Origin: Acinetobacter wanghuae
GTDB lineage: Bacteria; Pseudomonadota; Gammaproteobacteria; Pseudomonadales; Moraxellaceae
Assembly (NCBI RefSeq): GCF_009557235.1
Contig: NZ_CP045650.1
Coordinates: forward strand, 1,890,001 to 1,922,000
DNA length: 32,000 bases
Direction: 5' to 3'
The position numbers were made by a program, and so were the translations under genes. This document shows positions 8,172 to 15,932 of the stretch, piece after piece (within the stretch, counting starts at the first letter, position 1; each line of letters opens with the position of its first letter). The notes beneath the pieces are model-generated. The model was given only the letters and a program-made list of their open reading frames with translations. It was not told the DNA's origin and did not search any database.

Positions 8172-8350
8172 ATTTGTGCTCCGTTAAAATTTTCATTATT
8201 CATTCAACATAGCATTTTCTACGCGACTTTCAAGGGTAAAATCACAACAAATAATGTAGTTTAATTTTTCTTTTAGTCCGTTCTCATCTAAAATAGTCAA
8301 CATTGTTATTTTTATCGTTCTGATAAATTTTTAATCGGAGTTTTCCTGAT

Positions 8351-9325
8351 ATGTCATATCTGAGCCTTTCCCAATTTTTACAACAGAAAAGTGGGAATTT
8401 AACACCTGAACTTGCACAAGTGATTGAAACAATTGCAAATACATGCAAAGAGATTGATCAATTGCTACAAAAAGGTGCATTGGCGGGTGTCTTAGGAAGT
8501 GCTCAGCATGAAAATGTTCAAGGTGAAGAGCAAAAGAAACTCGATGTCATTTCAAATGATTATTTGATTGATGCACTTCGCGTTCACCCTCATGTCGGTG
8601 GTTTGGCTTCAGAAGAACTCGACGAATTTACCCCTGCGCAAGAAAATGGTGATTTCTTAGTGTTATTTGACCCACTTGACGGTTCAAGCAACATTGATAT
8701 CAACATGTGTGTTGGTACAATTTTCTCGATTTTACCGTCAAAAAATGCCATTACTCAGGCTGAAGACTTTATGCAGCCGGGTGTAAATCAAGCGGCAGCG
8801 GGTTATGTATTGTATGGTCCATCGACTATGCTTGCTTTGACCGTTGGTGCAGGTGTTGTGTTCTTCACGTTTGATCCTGAAACGAAAGAATTCTTGATGA
8901 CTAAAGATGCGATTCAAGTGGCTGCTGATACAAAAGAATATGCGATTAATGCCTCTAACCAACGTCACTGGGAAGCCCCTGTACAACGTTATGTTGAAGA
9001 ATTACTTGCAGGTAAAACCGGTTCACGCGAAAAAGACTTTAACATGCGTTGGGTTGCATGTATGGTGGGCGATATTCACCGTATTTTGTGCCGCAGCGGT
9101 ATCTTCATGTATCCATACGATACCAAAGATCCGAAAAAAGCAGGTCGTCTACGTTTAATGTACGAAGCAAATCCAATGAGTATGTTGATGGAACAAGCCG
9201 GTGGTGCATCAACCACAGGTCGTGTGCGTATTCTTGAGATTCAACCGACTGAACTACATCAACGTGTGCCTGTCATCATCGGTTCAAAAAATGAAGTTGA
9301 TCTTGTGACCAGCTATCACAACTAA
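8351..9325 (+). CDS. fbp: Class 1 fructose-1,6-bisphosphatase
   Basis: FBPase class 1 motifs: [51 protein letters not shown]-like [28 protein letters not shown]. Confidence 0.92.
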   Translation: MSYLSLSQFLQQKSGNLTPELAQVIETIANTCKEIDQLLQKGALAGVLGSAQHENVQGEEQKKLDVISNDYLIDALRVHPHVGGLASEELDEFTPAQENGDFLVLFDPLDGSSNIDINMCVGTIFSILPSKNAITQAEDFMQPGVNQAAAGYVLYGPSTMLALTVGAGVVFFTFDPETKEFLMTKDAIQVAADTKEYAINASNQRHWEAPVQRYVEELLAGKTGSREKDFNMRWVACMVGDIHRILCRSGIFMYPYDTKDPKKAGRLRLMYEANPMSMLMEQAGGASTTGRVRILEIQPTELHQRVPVIIGSKNEVDLVTSYHN

Positions 9326-9380
9326 TTTATTATTATAACGTTAGTCGATTTTTGATCGGCTAACGTGGATTACATCTCCT

Positions 9381-10157
9381 ATGCCAACTTTTTTTCTTGA
9401 TTCTAAAGATAATCCAAAAATTAAACACTTACGTGGTTTAATTGAACAAAATACCTATCGTAAGAAACAAGGTCAAACCGTACTTGAAGGCACACATTTG
9501 TCTTTAGCATGGTTACATGAAAACCGTAAAATCGATTCGATTTTTACCACTGAACATGCGCTTTCACATCCTGATTTCGAGAAAATTCTCGCAAAATATA
9601 CAGGCATGGTGTTTGTCCTCAGCGAATCTTTATATAAAGATTTAAGTACATTGGGTACATCAATTGCATGTTTGGCTGTGGTGACCTTACCTACTGCAAA
9701 TTATGCATTAGACTTCAATGCGGACACGCTTATTTTAGAAAACGTGCAAGATCCGGGTAATGTCGGAACTTTACTTCGTTCAGCTGCAGCTGCCGGTATT
9801 GAACAAATTGTATGCACCAAAGGTTCAGCATCGCTTTGGTCACCACGTGTTTTACGCGCTGGTATGGGTGCGCATTTCACCTTGCAAACATTTGAAAATA
9901 TCAATCTTGAACAGGTACTTGAACAATTTAATGTGCCCGTTTATGTGACCAGTTCACATCGCGCTGAAAGCGTTTATTCAAAAGACTTACGCAAACCATG
10001 CGTATGGATTTTGGGTAATGAAGGTCAAGGTGTATCTGAATATGCGCTTGCACATGCACAAGCGGTTTCAATTCCACAACCGGGTGGTCAAGAATCGTTA
10101 AATGTTGCGATTGCAGGTTCAATTTGTATGTTTGAAATGGTACGTCAACGTATCTAA
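9381..10157 (+). CDS. TrmH/SpoU-family RNA 2'-O-methyltransferase
   Basis: SpoU methylase motifs: LENVQDPGNVGTLLRSAAAAG, WILGNEGQGVS, SLNVAIAGSICMFE. Confidence 0.85.
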   Translation: MPTFFLDSKDNPKIKHLRGLIEQNTYRKKQGQTVLEGTHLSLAWLHENRKIDSIFTTEHALSHPDFEKILAKYTGMVFVLSESLYKDLSTLGTSIACLAVVTLPTANYALDFNADTLILENVQDPGNVGTLLRSAAAAGIEQIVCTKGSASLWSPRVLRAGMGAHFTLQTFENINLEQVLEQFNVPVYVTSSHRAESVYSKDLRKPCVWILGNEGQGVSEYALAHAQAVSIPQPGGQESLNVAIAGSICMFEMVRQRI

Positions 10158-10275
10158 TCAGACTTTCGTTACTTTATTTTAAATCTGAGCGTTCAGGTGA
10201 AGAAATAGATTAATATAGAAAAATAATAAGTTGTATTGTCAACCAAACCATTATTTTCAACGTTAATAGAGATAT

Positions 10276-10303
10276 GAACTTGGGAATAATGGTGGGTATC
10301 CAA
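10276..10303 (+). promoter_or_regulatory. Candidate ECF (RpoE/AlgU-type) promoter: GAACTT, 17 nt, TCCAA
   Basis: GAACTT at 10276-10281, a 17-nt spacer, then TCCAA at 10299-10303, directly upstream of the ECF sigma gene. This resembles the GAACTT-N16/17-TC(A/T/C)nA consensus of group-4 envelope-stress sigma factors. It rests on a single motif match only. Confidence 0.3.
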
Positions 10304-10359
10304 TGACAGGATTTTCCATCTCTATGGATTTAGCACCGAAACGGCTTGAATCGCAAGAT

Positions 10360-10938
10360 ATGAGTACGCTAAAGAGTACGGCTGAGTCTCGCCTGAAGAA
10401 TTTTATGCAAGAGGTGACAGGTCGTGCTTTGGTGATGATGGAAAGTGCAACCCAAGGTCAGCAAGGCATTGCAATGGATCTTGTCCAAGAAGCCTTTATT
10501 TCACTACACAAATCCTATTCTGATAAAAGCACAGAAGAATGGTATCCCCTGTTTTACACCATTTTAAATAACAAATTACAAGATTGGCGTCGTAAAGAAG
10601 CGCGCCGTGCCCAACCCTTTTCATTCTTCAAAAAAGTCCAACTCGATGAGGATGACAATGAACTTGAAAATATCGTCGATGAATCCACACCTTCGCCTTT
10701 AGAATTTTTAAATCAAGCACTGACTGCCGATGAAATTCAAGGAGCCATTTCATCTTTACCTCATCGACAACAACAAGCCTTTATGCTCAGAGCATGGGAA
10801 GGCTTTGATACGCATACGACGGCGCAGATTATGAATTGTAGCGAAGGCAGTGTAAAAACACACTATCATCGTGCGATTCAAGGTTTACGTAGCGCTTTGG
10901 CACATTTAAACCCATATACGGGAGGATCATCCGAATGA
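10360..10938 (+). CDS. ECF-family (sigma-70 group 4) RNA polymerase sigma factor
   Basis: Region 2 (DLVQEAFISLHKSY, LQDWRRKEARR) and region 4 HTH (RQQQAFMLRAWEGFDTHTTAQIMNCSEGSVKTHYHRAIQGLRSAL). The maximal ORF starts at 10303, with an internal ATG at 10324. I prefer 10360 because the candidate promoter -10 element overlaps 10303 and the resulting 192 aa is a typical ECF length. Confidence 0.75.
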   Translation: MSTLKSTAESRLKNFMQEVTGRALVMMESATQGQQGIAMDLVQEAFISLHKSYSDKSTEEWYPLFYTILNNKLQDWRRKEARRAQPFSFFKKVQLDEDDNELENIVDESTPSPLEFLNQALTADEIQGAISSLPHRQQQAFMLRAWEGFDTHTTAQIMNCSEGSVKTHYHRAIQGLRSALAHLNPYTGGSSE

Positions 10939-11252
10939 GTCATGATGATTTCTTGAAACAAGTGACTTCCAAACTCGATGGTTTAGCGCAACAACACAAA
11001 GCTAAACCTGTGGTCATGAACCATGTACTTGAAGAAGTTCAAGCCGCTCAACATTCACGCTTTGCTTTTTTAAAAGTCTCTGGTTTTGCACTAGCGGCCG
11101 CAATTGCAGGCATTGTGGTAGTCCCTAATTTATCAACGCCTGAAAGTAACCATACTCAAGTTGTGGCTGTACCTAAATTATCACCACAAATGGTTGAAGA
11201 TTTAGAAATGCTCATGGTATTAGGTGAGGACGAAGTTCCCCATGGCAGCTAA
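10935..11252 (+). CDS. Putative single-pass membrane anti-sigma factor or hypothetical protein (105 aa)
   Basis: The start overlaps the sigma gene stop (ATGA). One TM helix (VSGFALAAAIAGIVVVP). Position and topology fit an anti-sigma factor. No zinc-binding anti-sigma motif was seen and no family recognised. Confidence 0.5.
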   Translation: MSHDDFLKQVTSKLDGLAQQHKAKPVVMNHVLEEVQAAQHSRFAFLKVSGFALAAAIAGIVVVPNLSTPESNHTQVVAVPKLSPQMVEDLEMLMVLGEDEVPHGS

Positions 11253-11640
11253 AAAAATTGTCTTGGCTTTTTGCGCAATCGGATTCTTGCAAACGAGCTT
11301 TGCTGGATTTGATCGGTTTTGGATTTTTTCCAAAGATGCCAATACTCAAATTAATGATACTTGGGATTCTTTGTCAGATACTGAGCAATTGGAACTCATT
11401 AAAAAATATCAAACCTTAAAAGAACTTCCGGCAAGTGAACGAGCAAATTTGCAACAACGTATGGATTGGTTTAATCAACTGCCTGAGGAAGAAAAACAGA
11501 AAATGCGAGAAACATGGCAGAAAATGAGCACGCAGGAACGTCGAGAGCTTGCCTCGCGTATGCAAAAAGCTACAGCTGAAGAACGCCCTGCAATTCGAGA
11601 AGAGTACATCAATAAATATCTCTCGACGCCTAAACTTTAG
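11242..11640 (+). CDS. Secreted DUF3106-like protein (W-x2-[LM]-[SP]-x2-E repeats)
   Basis: The ATG at 11242 gives the signal peptide MAAKKIVLAFCAIGFLQTSFA and overlaps the upstream gene by 11 nt. Repeated motifs: TWDSLSDTEQLEL, WFNQLPEEEKQKM, TWQKMSTQERREL. The DUF3106 assignment is from memory. Confidence 0.6.
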   Translation: MAAKKIVLAFCAIGFLQTSFAGFDRFWIFSKDANTQINDTWDSLSDTEQLELIKKYQTLKELPASERANLQQRMDWFNQLPEEEKQKMRETWQKMSTQERRELASRMQKATAEERPAIREEYINKYLSTPKL

Positions 11641-11672
11641 AGATTTATAAAAATATAGACATGATCTCTTAT

Positions 11673-11705
11673 AAAAAAAGCCTCTGATGACAGAGGCTTT
11701 TTTAT
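11673..11705. terminator. Bidirectional rho-independent terminator shared by the ECF operon and the convergent large-protein operon
   Basis: AAAAAAGCCTCTG (11674-11686) / CAGAGGCTTTTTT (11691-11703), with a 4-nt loop. Confidence 0.75.
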
Positions 11706-11711
11706 TGTGCT

Positions 11712-14105
11712 TTATTTTTGCATTCGTCGTTGACGATAAGCACCGAGTGCGACTAAACCAAGTAAGCCCCAGATGCCAAATGCACCGCCACCCGAACTAC
11801 TTTCATTGGTATTCTTCGCAGAATTTTTCAATAAAATTGTCGCTGTATTCGACATTCCGCCATCTTCATCAAAATAATTATACGTTGCTTGATAATCAAA
11901 TTGGCTTAAATTATTTTTCACTTTAAAGCTAATCTCACCACCATAACACGTGTCACGAATATACTTATCTGGACACGGTCCTTCGCGTTCAGCAGTCATG
12001 ATTAAACCTGAATCTATTGATTCAAAGCGAATTGGTGTGTCGCTGTAATACGTTTCAGAGCCCGATACTGGTCCATCATCATCAAAATCGTTAGAAAGTG
12101 GATTAACCTTAACACTCAGGTTAGATTCTGGATTGATTGTATAGGTGTCATTTTTAGCAACTGGTGCAATATTGACGAAAGAGGCTGATAGTACACCTGA
12201 AGAACTTTTAGCACTTGCACCAGTTTTAACAATTTCGGTCAAGGTGTATTCACACAGTTCACTCAACGTTGAATCTGTAGTTTTTCTATCCGTACGATAG
12301 AACATAATACGTTTTAGTTCAGGCACCCATTCACATTTTTGTGCAGGATCTGCTTGAGTTGCATAAGGATTATCACTACCTTCAACAATCTGCCCCACAC
12401 CTTTCGCTCTAACAGTGACCGTATAATTATCAGCATTTAAAGCTTTTAATTTTAGCTCACCATTGCTCGTGGTTTCTTCAACCGGTAAAGCAAGCTCAAA
12501 TGGATCGATATAAATCGCACGGTATTTTGCATACTTTTTAGTGTTTGCGAGCAATGATTCAACGTCTTTTAACTCAGCTTCAATTTGTAGCAAACTCGAT
12601 TTGTTTGCATCATCTTTTTGCATCGCTTTTAAACGCTCAATCATGTTTTCATATGCGGTGATTAAATTACTATAAGAAGAATTTTTCAGTGCTGTAATAT
12701 CTGATGCTGCTAAACGCATCAACTCTACTGAGCCAATGTCACACGAGTTAATTGCAGTGGGATCAAGTATAAGTTTCGTTACAAGTAGACGTGAAAATCC
12801 TCGCTGATCGGCTGAATTACAACTTTGATGACCCGCGTCAACGAAATCTGTCTCTGTTCCATGATTAACAGGATAATACAGTGGTAAATACAAGTTATAA
12901 GCAGACTCTGCTTTATAGCCTGAAAGATAATGATTAATCGCGGCATTATCCGCCAAGATCATATTTTTTGCTGTCTCTGTTTTTGGTGTCTCTGTTTCAG
13001 GAGGTTCTGGTAAGAAGCAATTTGCTGCCAAAGCATTATTGGAAGCCACTAAACTGACATTTTCGCCCTTCGCATCTGTCGCTTTCATACTATAGCGACA
13101 ATTCTCACCACCATTAAAGGCTAAAATATTTGAAACTAATAATTTGGTTCCAAATTTATCGTAGAGCAAAGTCGATGCCGCATCGTTTTCTACAACAGTA
13201 TTGCTCACAAGTGAAAGCAATGAACCATCATAAAGTTCACGATTCGGTGTGGAAATATAACTAATAATTGCACCTGTCGCACTATTCGCTTTATTCTTAG
13301 CAATTGTACTATTCGAAATTTCAACGCCAGTAGAACCACACACATCAATTGCACTTAAACTGTGAGCATCTCCATTTTCTACAATACTACTTTGAGTGAC
13401 ATTGGTGCTTGACGTCACAGGACTGAATTTCGCATTACAATCCATCGACCATACGCTGCCTTGAGGTGCTTTATTCGCTTTCAGTAATGTGCGGACAATC
13501 GATAAAGATTGATTTTGATCACCTGCCGCAAAATAAATAGCACCGCCTTTACCGCCTGCGGTCGAATTTGACACACTAGAATTATAAAGTTCGAGAGACC
13601 CACCGATGAATAATGCCCCGCCATTACCACGATCATTACTCGTCACATTTGCCTGACCATTGACCAGAGCAAGGTTATTTAAGGTCAAACTCGCTTTAGT
13701 TTGCGACGTGTTAAAGATTCGCGATTGTCCTTTGGCATTGATAGTGGTTTTTAATGCGAGCTGTTTAGGATAATCCCCTTTTAAATCATCTTTTTGTTGC
13801 TCATCGAAAGGGAGTTCACCATATAAAATCACGGGCGATGAAGGTGTAAGTTCACCTTGAGTAAGTACATACTCTCCGGCTTCAAGCTGAATATAATCGC
13901 GCTGTCCCGGCAAGGTGTTTCCTGCATTACAGCCTGCTACACTCTTGTTTTCATAGGCAGTTTGTATGGCTTGGCGTAATGAACACTTACTTTTATTATC
14001 ATCATCACTAAAGTTAGTGACTTTAATGATTTTGCTCTCAGCAGCCATTAAGGAAAAGGTCGATAAGAGCCCAACAACAAATAAACTTTTTTTATAGATT
14101 TTCAT
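11712..14105 (-). CDS. Large secreted protein (797 aa): signal peptide, CSLRQA motif, beta-helix-like GGA repeats, DQRG...CDIGSVE, coiled-coil insert, Ig/cadherin-like module, GlyGly-CTERM-type tail
   Basis: Signal peptide MKIYKKSLFVVGLLSTFSLMA. SKCSLRQAIQTA at residues 39-50. GGALFIGGS and GKGGAIYFAAG turns. DQRGFSR...CDIGSVEL at residues 433-462. APVAKNDTYTINPESNLSVKVNPLSNDFDDDG (cadherin/VCBS-like). C-terminus SSSGGGAFGIWGLLGLVALGAYRQRRMQK, which is Gly-Gly, then a hydrophobic helix, then a basic cluster. Confidence 0.8.
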   Translation of the reverse strand: MKIYKKSLFVVGLLSTFSLMAAESKIIKVTNFSDDDNKSKCSLRQAIQTAYENKSVAGCNAGNTLPGQRDYIQLEAGEYVLTQGELTPSSPVILYGELPFDEQQKDDLKGDYPKQLALKTTINAKGQSRIFNTSQTKASLTLNNLALVNGQANVTSNDRGNGGALFIGGSLELYNSSVSNSTAGGKGGAIYFAAGDQNQSLSIVRTLLKANKAPQGSVWSMDCNAKFSPVTSSTNVTQSSIVENGDAHSLSAIDVCGSTGVEISNSTIAKNKANSATGAIISYISTPNRELYDGSLLSLVSNTVVENDAASTLLYDKFGTKLLVSNILAFNGGENCRYSMKATDAKGENVSLVASNNALAANCFLPEPPETETPKTETAKNMILADNAAINHYLSGYKAESAYNLYLPLYYPVNHGTETDFVDAGHQSCNSADQRGFSRLLVTKLILDPTAINSCDIGSVELMRLAASDITALKNSSYSNLITAYENMIERLKAMQKDDANKSSLLQIEAELKDVESLLANTKKYAKYRAIYIDPFELALPVEETTSNGELKLKALNADNYTVTVRAKGVGQIVEGSDNPYATQADPAQKCEWVPELKRIMFYRTDRKTTDSTLSELCEYTLTEIVKTGASAKSSSGVLSASFVNIAPVAKNDTYTINPESNLSVKVNPLSNDFDDDGPVSGSETYYSDTPIRFESIDSGLIMTAEREGPCPDKYIRDTCYGGEISFKVKNNLSQFDYQATYNYFDEDGGMSNTATILLKNSAKNTNESSSGGGAFGIWGLLGLVALGAYRQRRMQK

Positions 14106-14123
14106 AATGAGTCCGTCATTTTA

Positions 14124-15932
14124 TTATTTTAAGCGTCTTAACATACCCAAACCCAGTAAGATCACTAGCCATCCTAGACCGGTCGATCCACCTGATGTTT
14201 TAATTTTATCGCTCACCATGGTGTTATCAGGTTCTTGAACAATGTTCACCCGCACATCTAAATAAGGATCACTCTCTTCAAAGCGTGACGTGGTTGTGAC
14301 AACACGAAGTGTGAAAGAATCTTCACCATGCCAAGCACTGTTTGGTGTGTAAACTACATTACCATCAAGATCAATCGTCAATTTACCTTTAGATGAAATA
14401 TGACTCTGCTGTTTAATCGTAATACAGCCATCTTGCCAAACTTCACCCTGCGGTGCAGCACCCACAATACGATTACATTCAGATTTCGGCACCAAGTCAC
14501 TATCACCTAATGCATCTAAAATTGAGAATTTCGCAATTTCACCGACTTTAAGATCTTGCCCAACTAAGCTTGATGATCTTGGTACGACGATTTCAATCGC
14601 ACCACGATCACAGCTAATATTGGCAGGTGATGTCGATGGACGTGATTGTTCACGTTGATCCGACCCCATACAAAATAAAGCATGTTCACTCACTGCTGCT
14701 TTACCTGTATTAATGATCGGTGATTCTGAAATATTTTGATAATCCAGTGGAATACGTGGACGGAAATACCCTAGAAAACTTTTTTCAGATGCTTTGTATG
14801 GACATAAAATTGCTTTGGGCGATTCTGTAATATTTGGACATTTTCCTTCAATGTCATTACCCGCAATCGGGTTGAAATCGAGAGGCAATATCTGATTTTC
14901 ATAATCTGCTTCACCAGAACCACAGGATGCTGTCACTAGGTTGTTTTGTAAGCGCTTATTTTCACTGGTCACACTGGTTGCAAAACTACAGTTACTATCA
15001 CTACCACCATTGCTATTTGCCAAGATAATGCTGTTTGCCACAATGCCAAACTTATCCTGAGCGGTAAATACAATACCCGTGCCTTTATTCGCAATGATGG
15101 TGGCATTATTAACGGCTACCCCATCAATAATATTTAGGACAGCGCCATTGTTGGCATACAAACTTGAATTATAGATATGACCTTGTGCTGTGTTGAGCAA
15201 TGCTTGCTCGGTATATAAATTGGCAGAGGCAGTCTGATGTGTGGTGTTTTTACGAACGACTGATTGTGTCATTCTAAGGCTAGGGAAGACGCTATATACT
15301 GCACCACCCTGTTGAGCTGTGTTTCCCTCAATCAACGTATTTTTTACTGTAGCTAAGGCGATATCACCCTCTACACCTGCAGTAAAAATTGCTCCACCTT
15401 GATTGGCATAACCTGAAGTTAACTTTACATAATCTAGGCTTAAATTGGCATAGTTGAAAATTAGACCACCTTGATCGACCTGACAGCTATTAGTGCCACA
15501 GCCTTCTAGCGTTAATTCTTCAAGCTTAACCACTGGTAAATCTTTACTGTCTGCATCAAGCGCCTTTTCAATTTTTAAAATGCGATCTTTACCATCCATT
15601 TTAATAATGGCATTAAGCAGCCCCTTATTGACCGTTTGCGTCACATTGGTTTCGTAAGTCGTTTTGATCGTTGCTGACTTATTCAAGACCAACTGACTTT
15701 TAATGTTATAGATTTCTTTTTCTTTGAGCAGAATAGAGGTCGTCGAGTTTTCGCCACCACACCCTTTATATCCTTCTTTAGGCATACCTATGTTGACGTA
15801 ATGAATGGCTTCACGAAGCGAACATTCTTTATCGGCGACATCATTATCAAGTGTGGTCGTTACAATAATATCTGCACTGAAAGCTTGCCCAGCAATACAC
15901 AGCAAACCCATGCCGATGCTCTGTTTGAGCAT
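14124..15932 (-). CDS. Large secreted protein (602 aa): signal peptide, CSLREA motif, beta-helix-like GGA repeats, DQR...CDRGAIE, Ig-like module, GlyGly-CTERM-type tail
   Basis: AAGGAGAAAGTC precedes the ATG. Signal peptide MLKQSIGMGLLCIAGQAFS. KECSLREAIHY at residues 36-46. QGGLIFNY, NQGGAIFTAG and QQGGAVYSV turns. SDQREQSRPSTSPANISCDRGAIEI. LTIDLDGNVVYTPNSAWHGEDSFTLRV. C-terminus KTSGGSTGLGWLVILLGLGMLRRLK. Confidence 0.8.
   Translation of the reverse strand: MLKQSIGMGLLCIAGQAFSADIIVTTTLDNDVADKECSLREAIHYVNIGMPKEGYKGCGGENSTTSILLKEKEIYNIKSQLVLNKSATIKTTYETNVTQTVNKGLLNAIIKMDGKDRILKIEKALDADSKDLPVVKLEELTLEGCGTNSCQVDQGGLIFNYANLSLDYVKLTSGYANQGGAIFTAGVEGDIALATVKNTLIEGNTAQQGGAVYSVFPSLRMTQSVVRKNTTHQTASANLYTEQALLNTAQGHIYNSSLYANNGAVLNIIDGVAVNNATIIANKGTGIVFTAQDKFGIVANSIILANSNGGSDSNCSFATSVTSENKRLQNNLVTASCGSGEADYENQILPLDFNPIAGNDIEGKCPNITESPKAILCPYKASEKSFLGYFRPRIPLDYQNISESPIINTGKAAVSEHALFCMGSDQREQSRPSTSPANISCDRGAIEIVVPRSSSLVGQDLKVGEIAKFSILDALGDSDLVPKSECNRIVGAAPQGEVWQDGCITIKQQSHISSKGKLTIDLDGNVVYTPNSAWHGEDSFTLRVVTTTSRFEESDPYLDVRVNIVQEPDNTMVSDKIKTSGGSTGLGWLVILLGLGMLRRLK

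Noticed and set aside
11687-11926. 79-aa plus-strand ORF spanning the bidirectional terminator and the 3' end of the 797-aa gene.
   Set aside because: It starts inside a terminator hairpin and is antisense to the GlyGly-CTERM tail coding region. The product is implausible.
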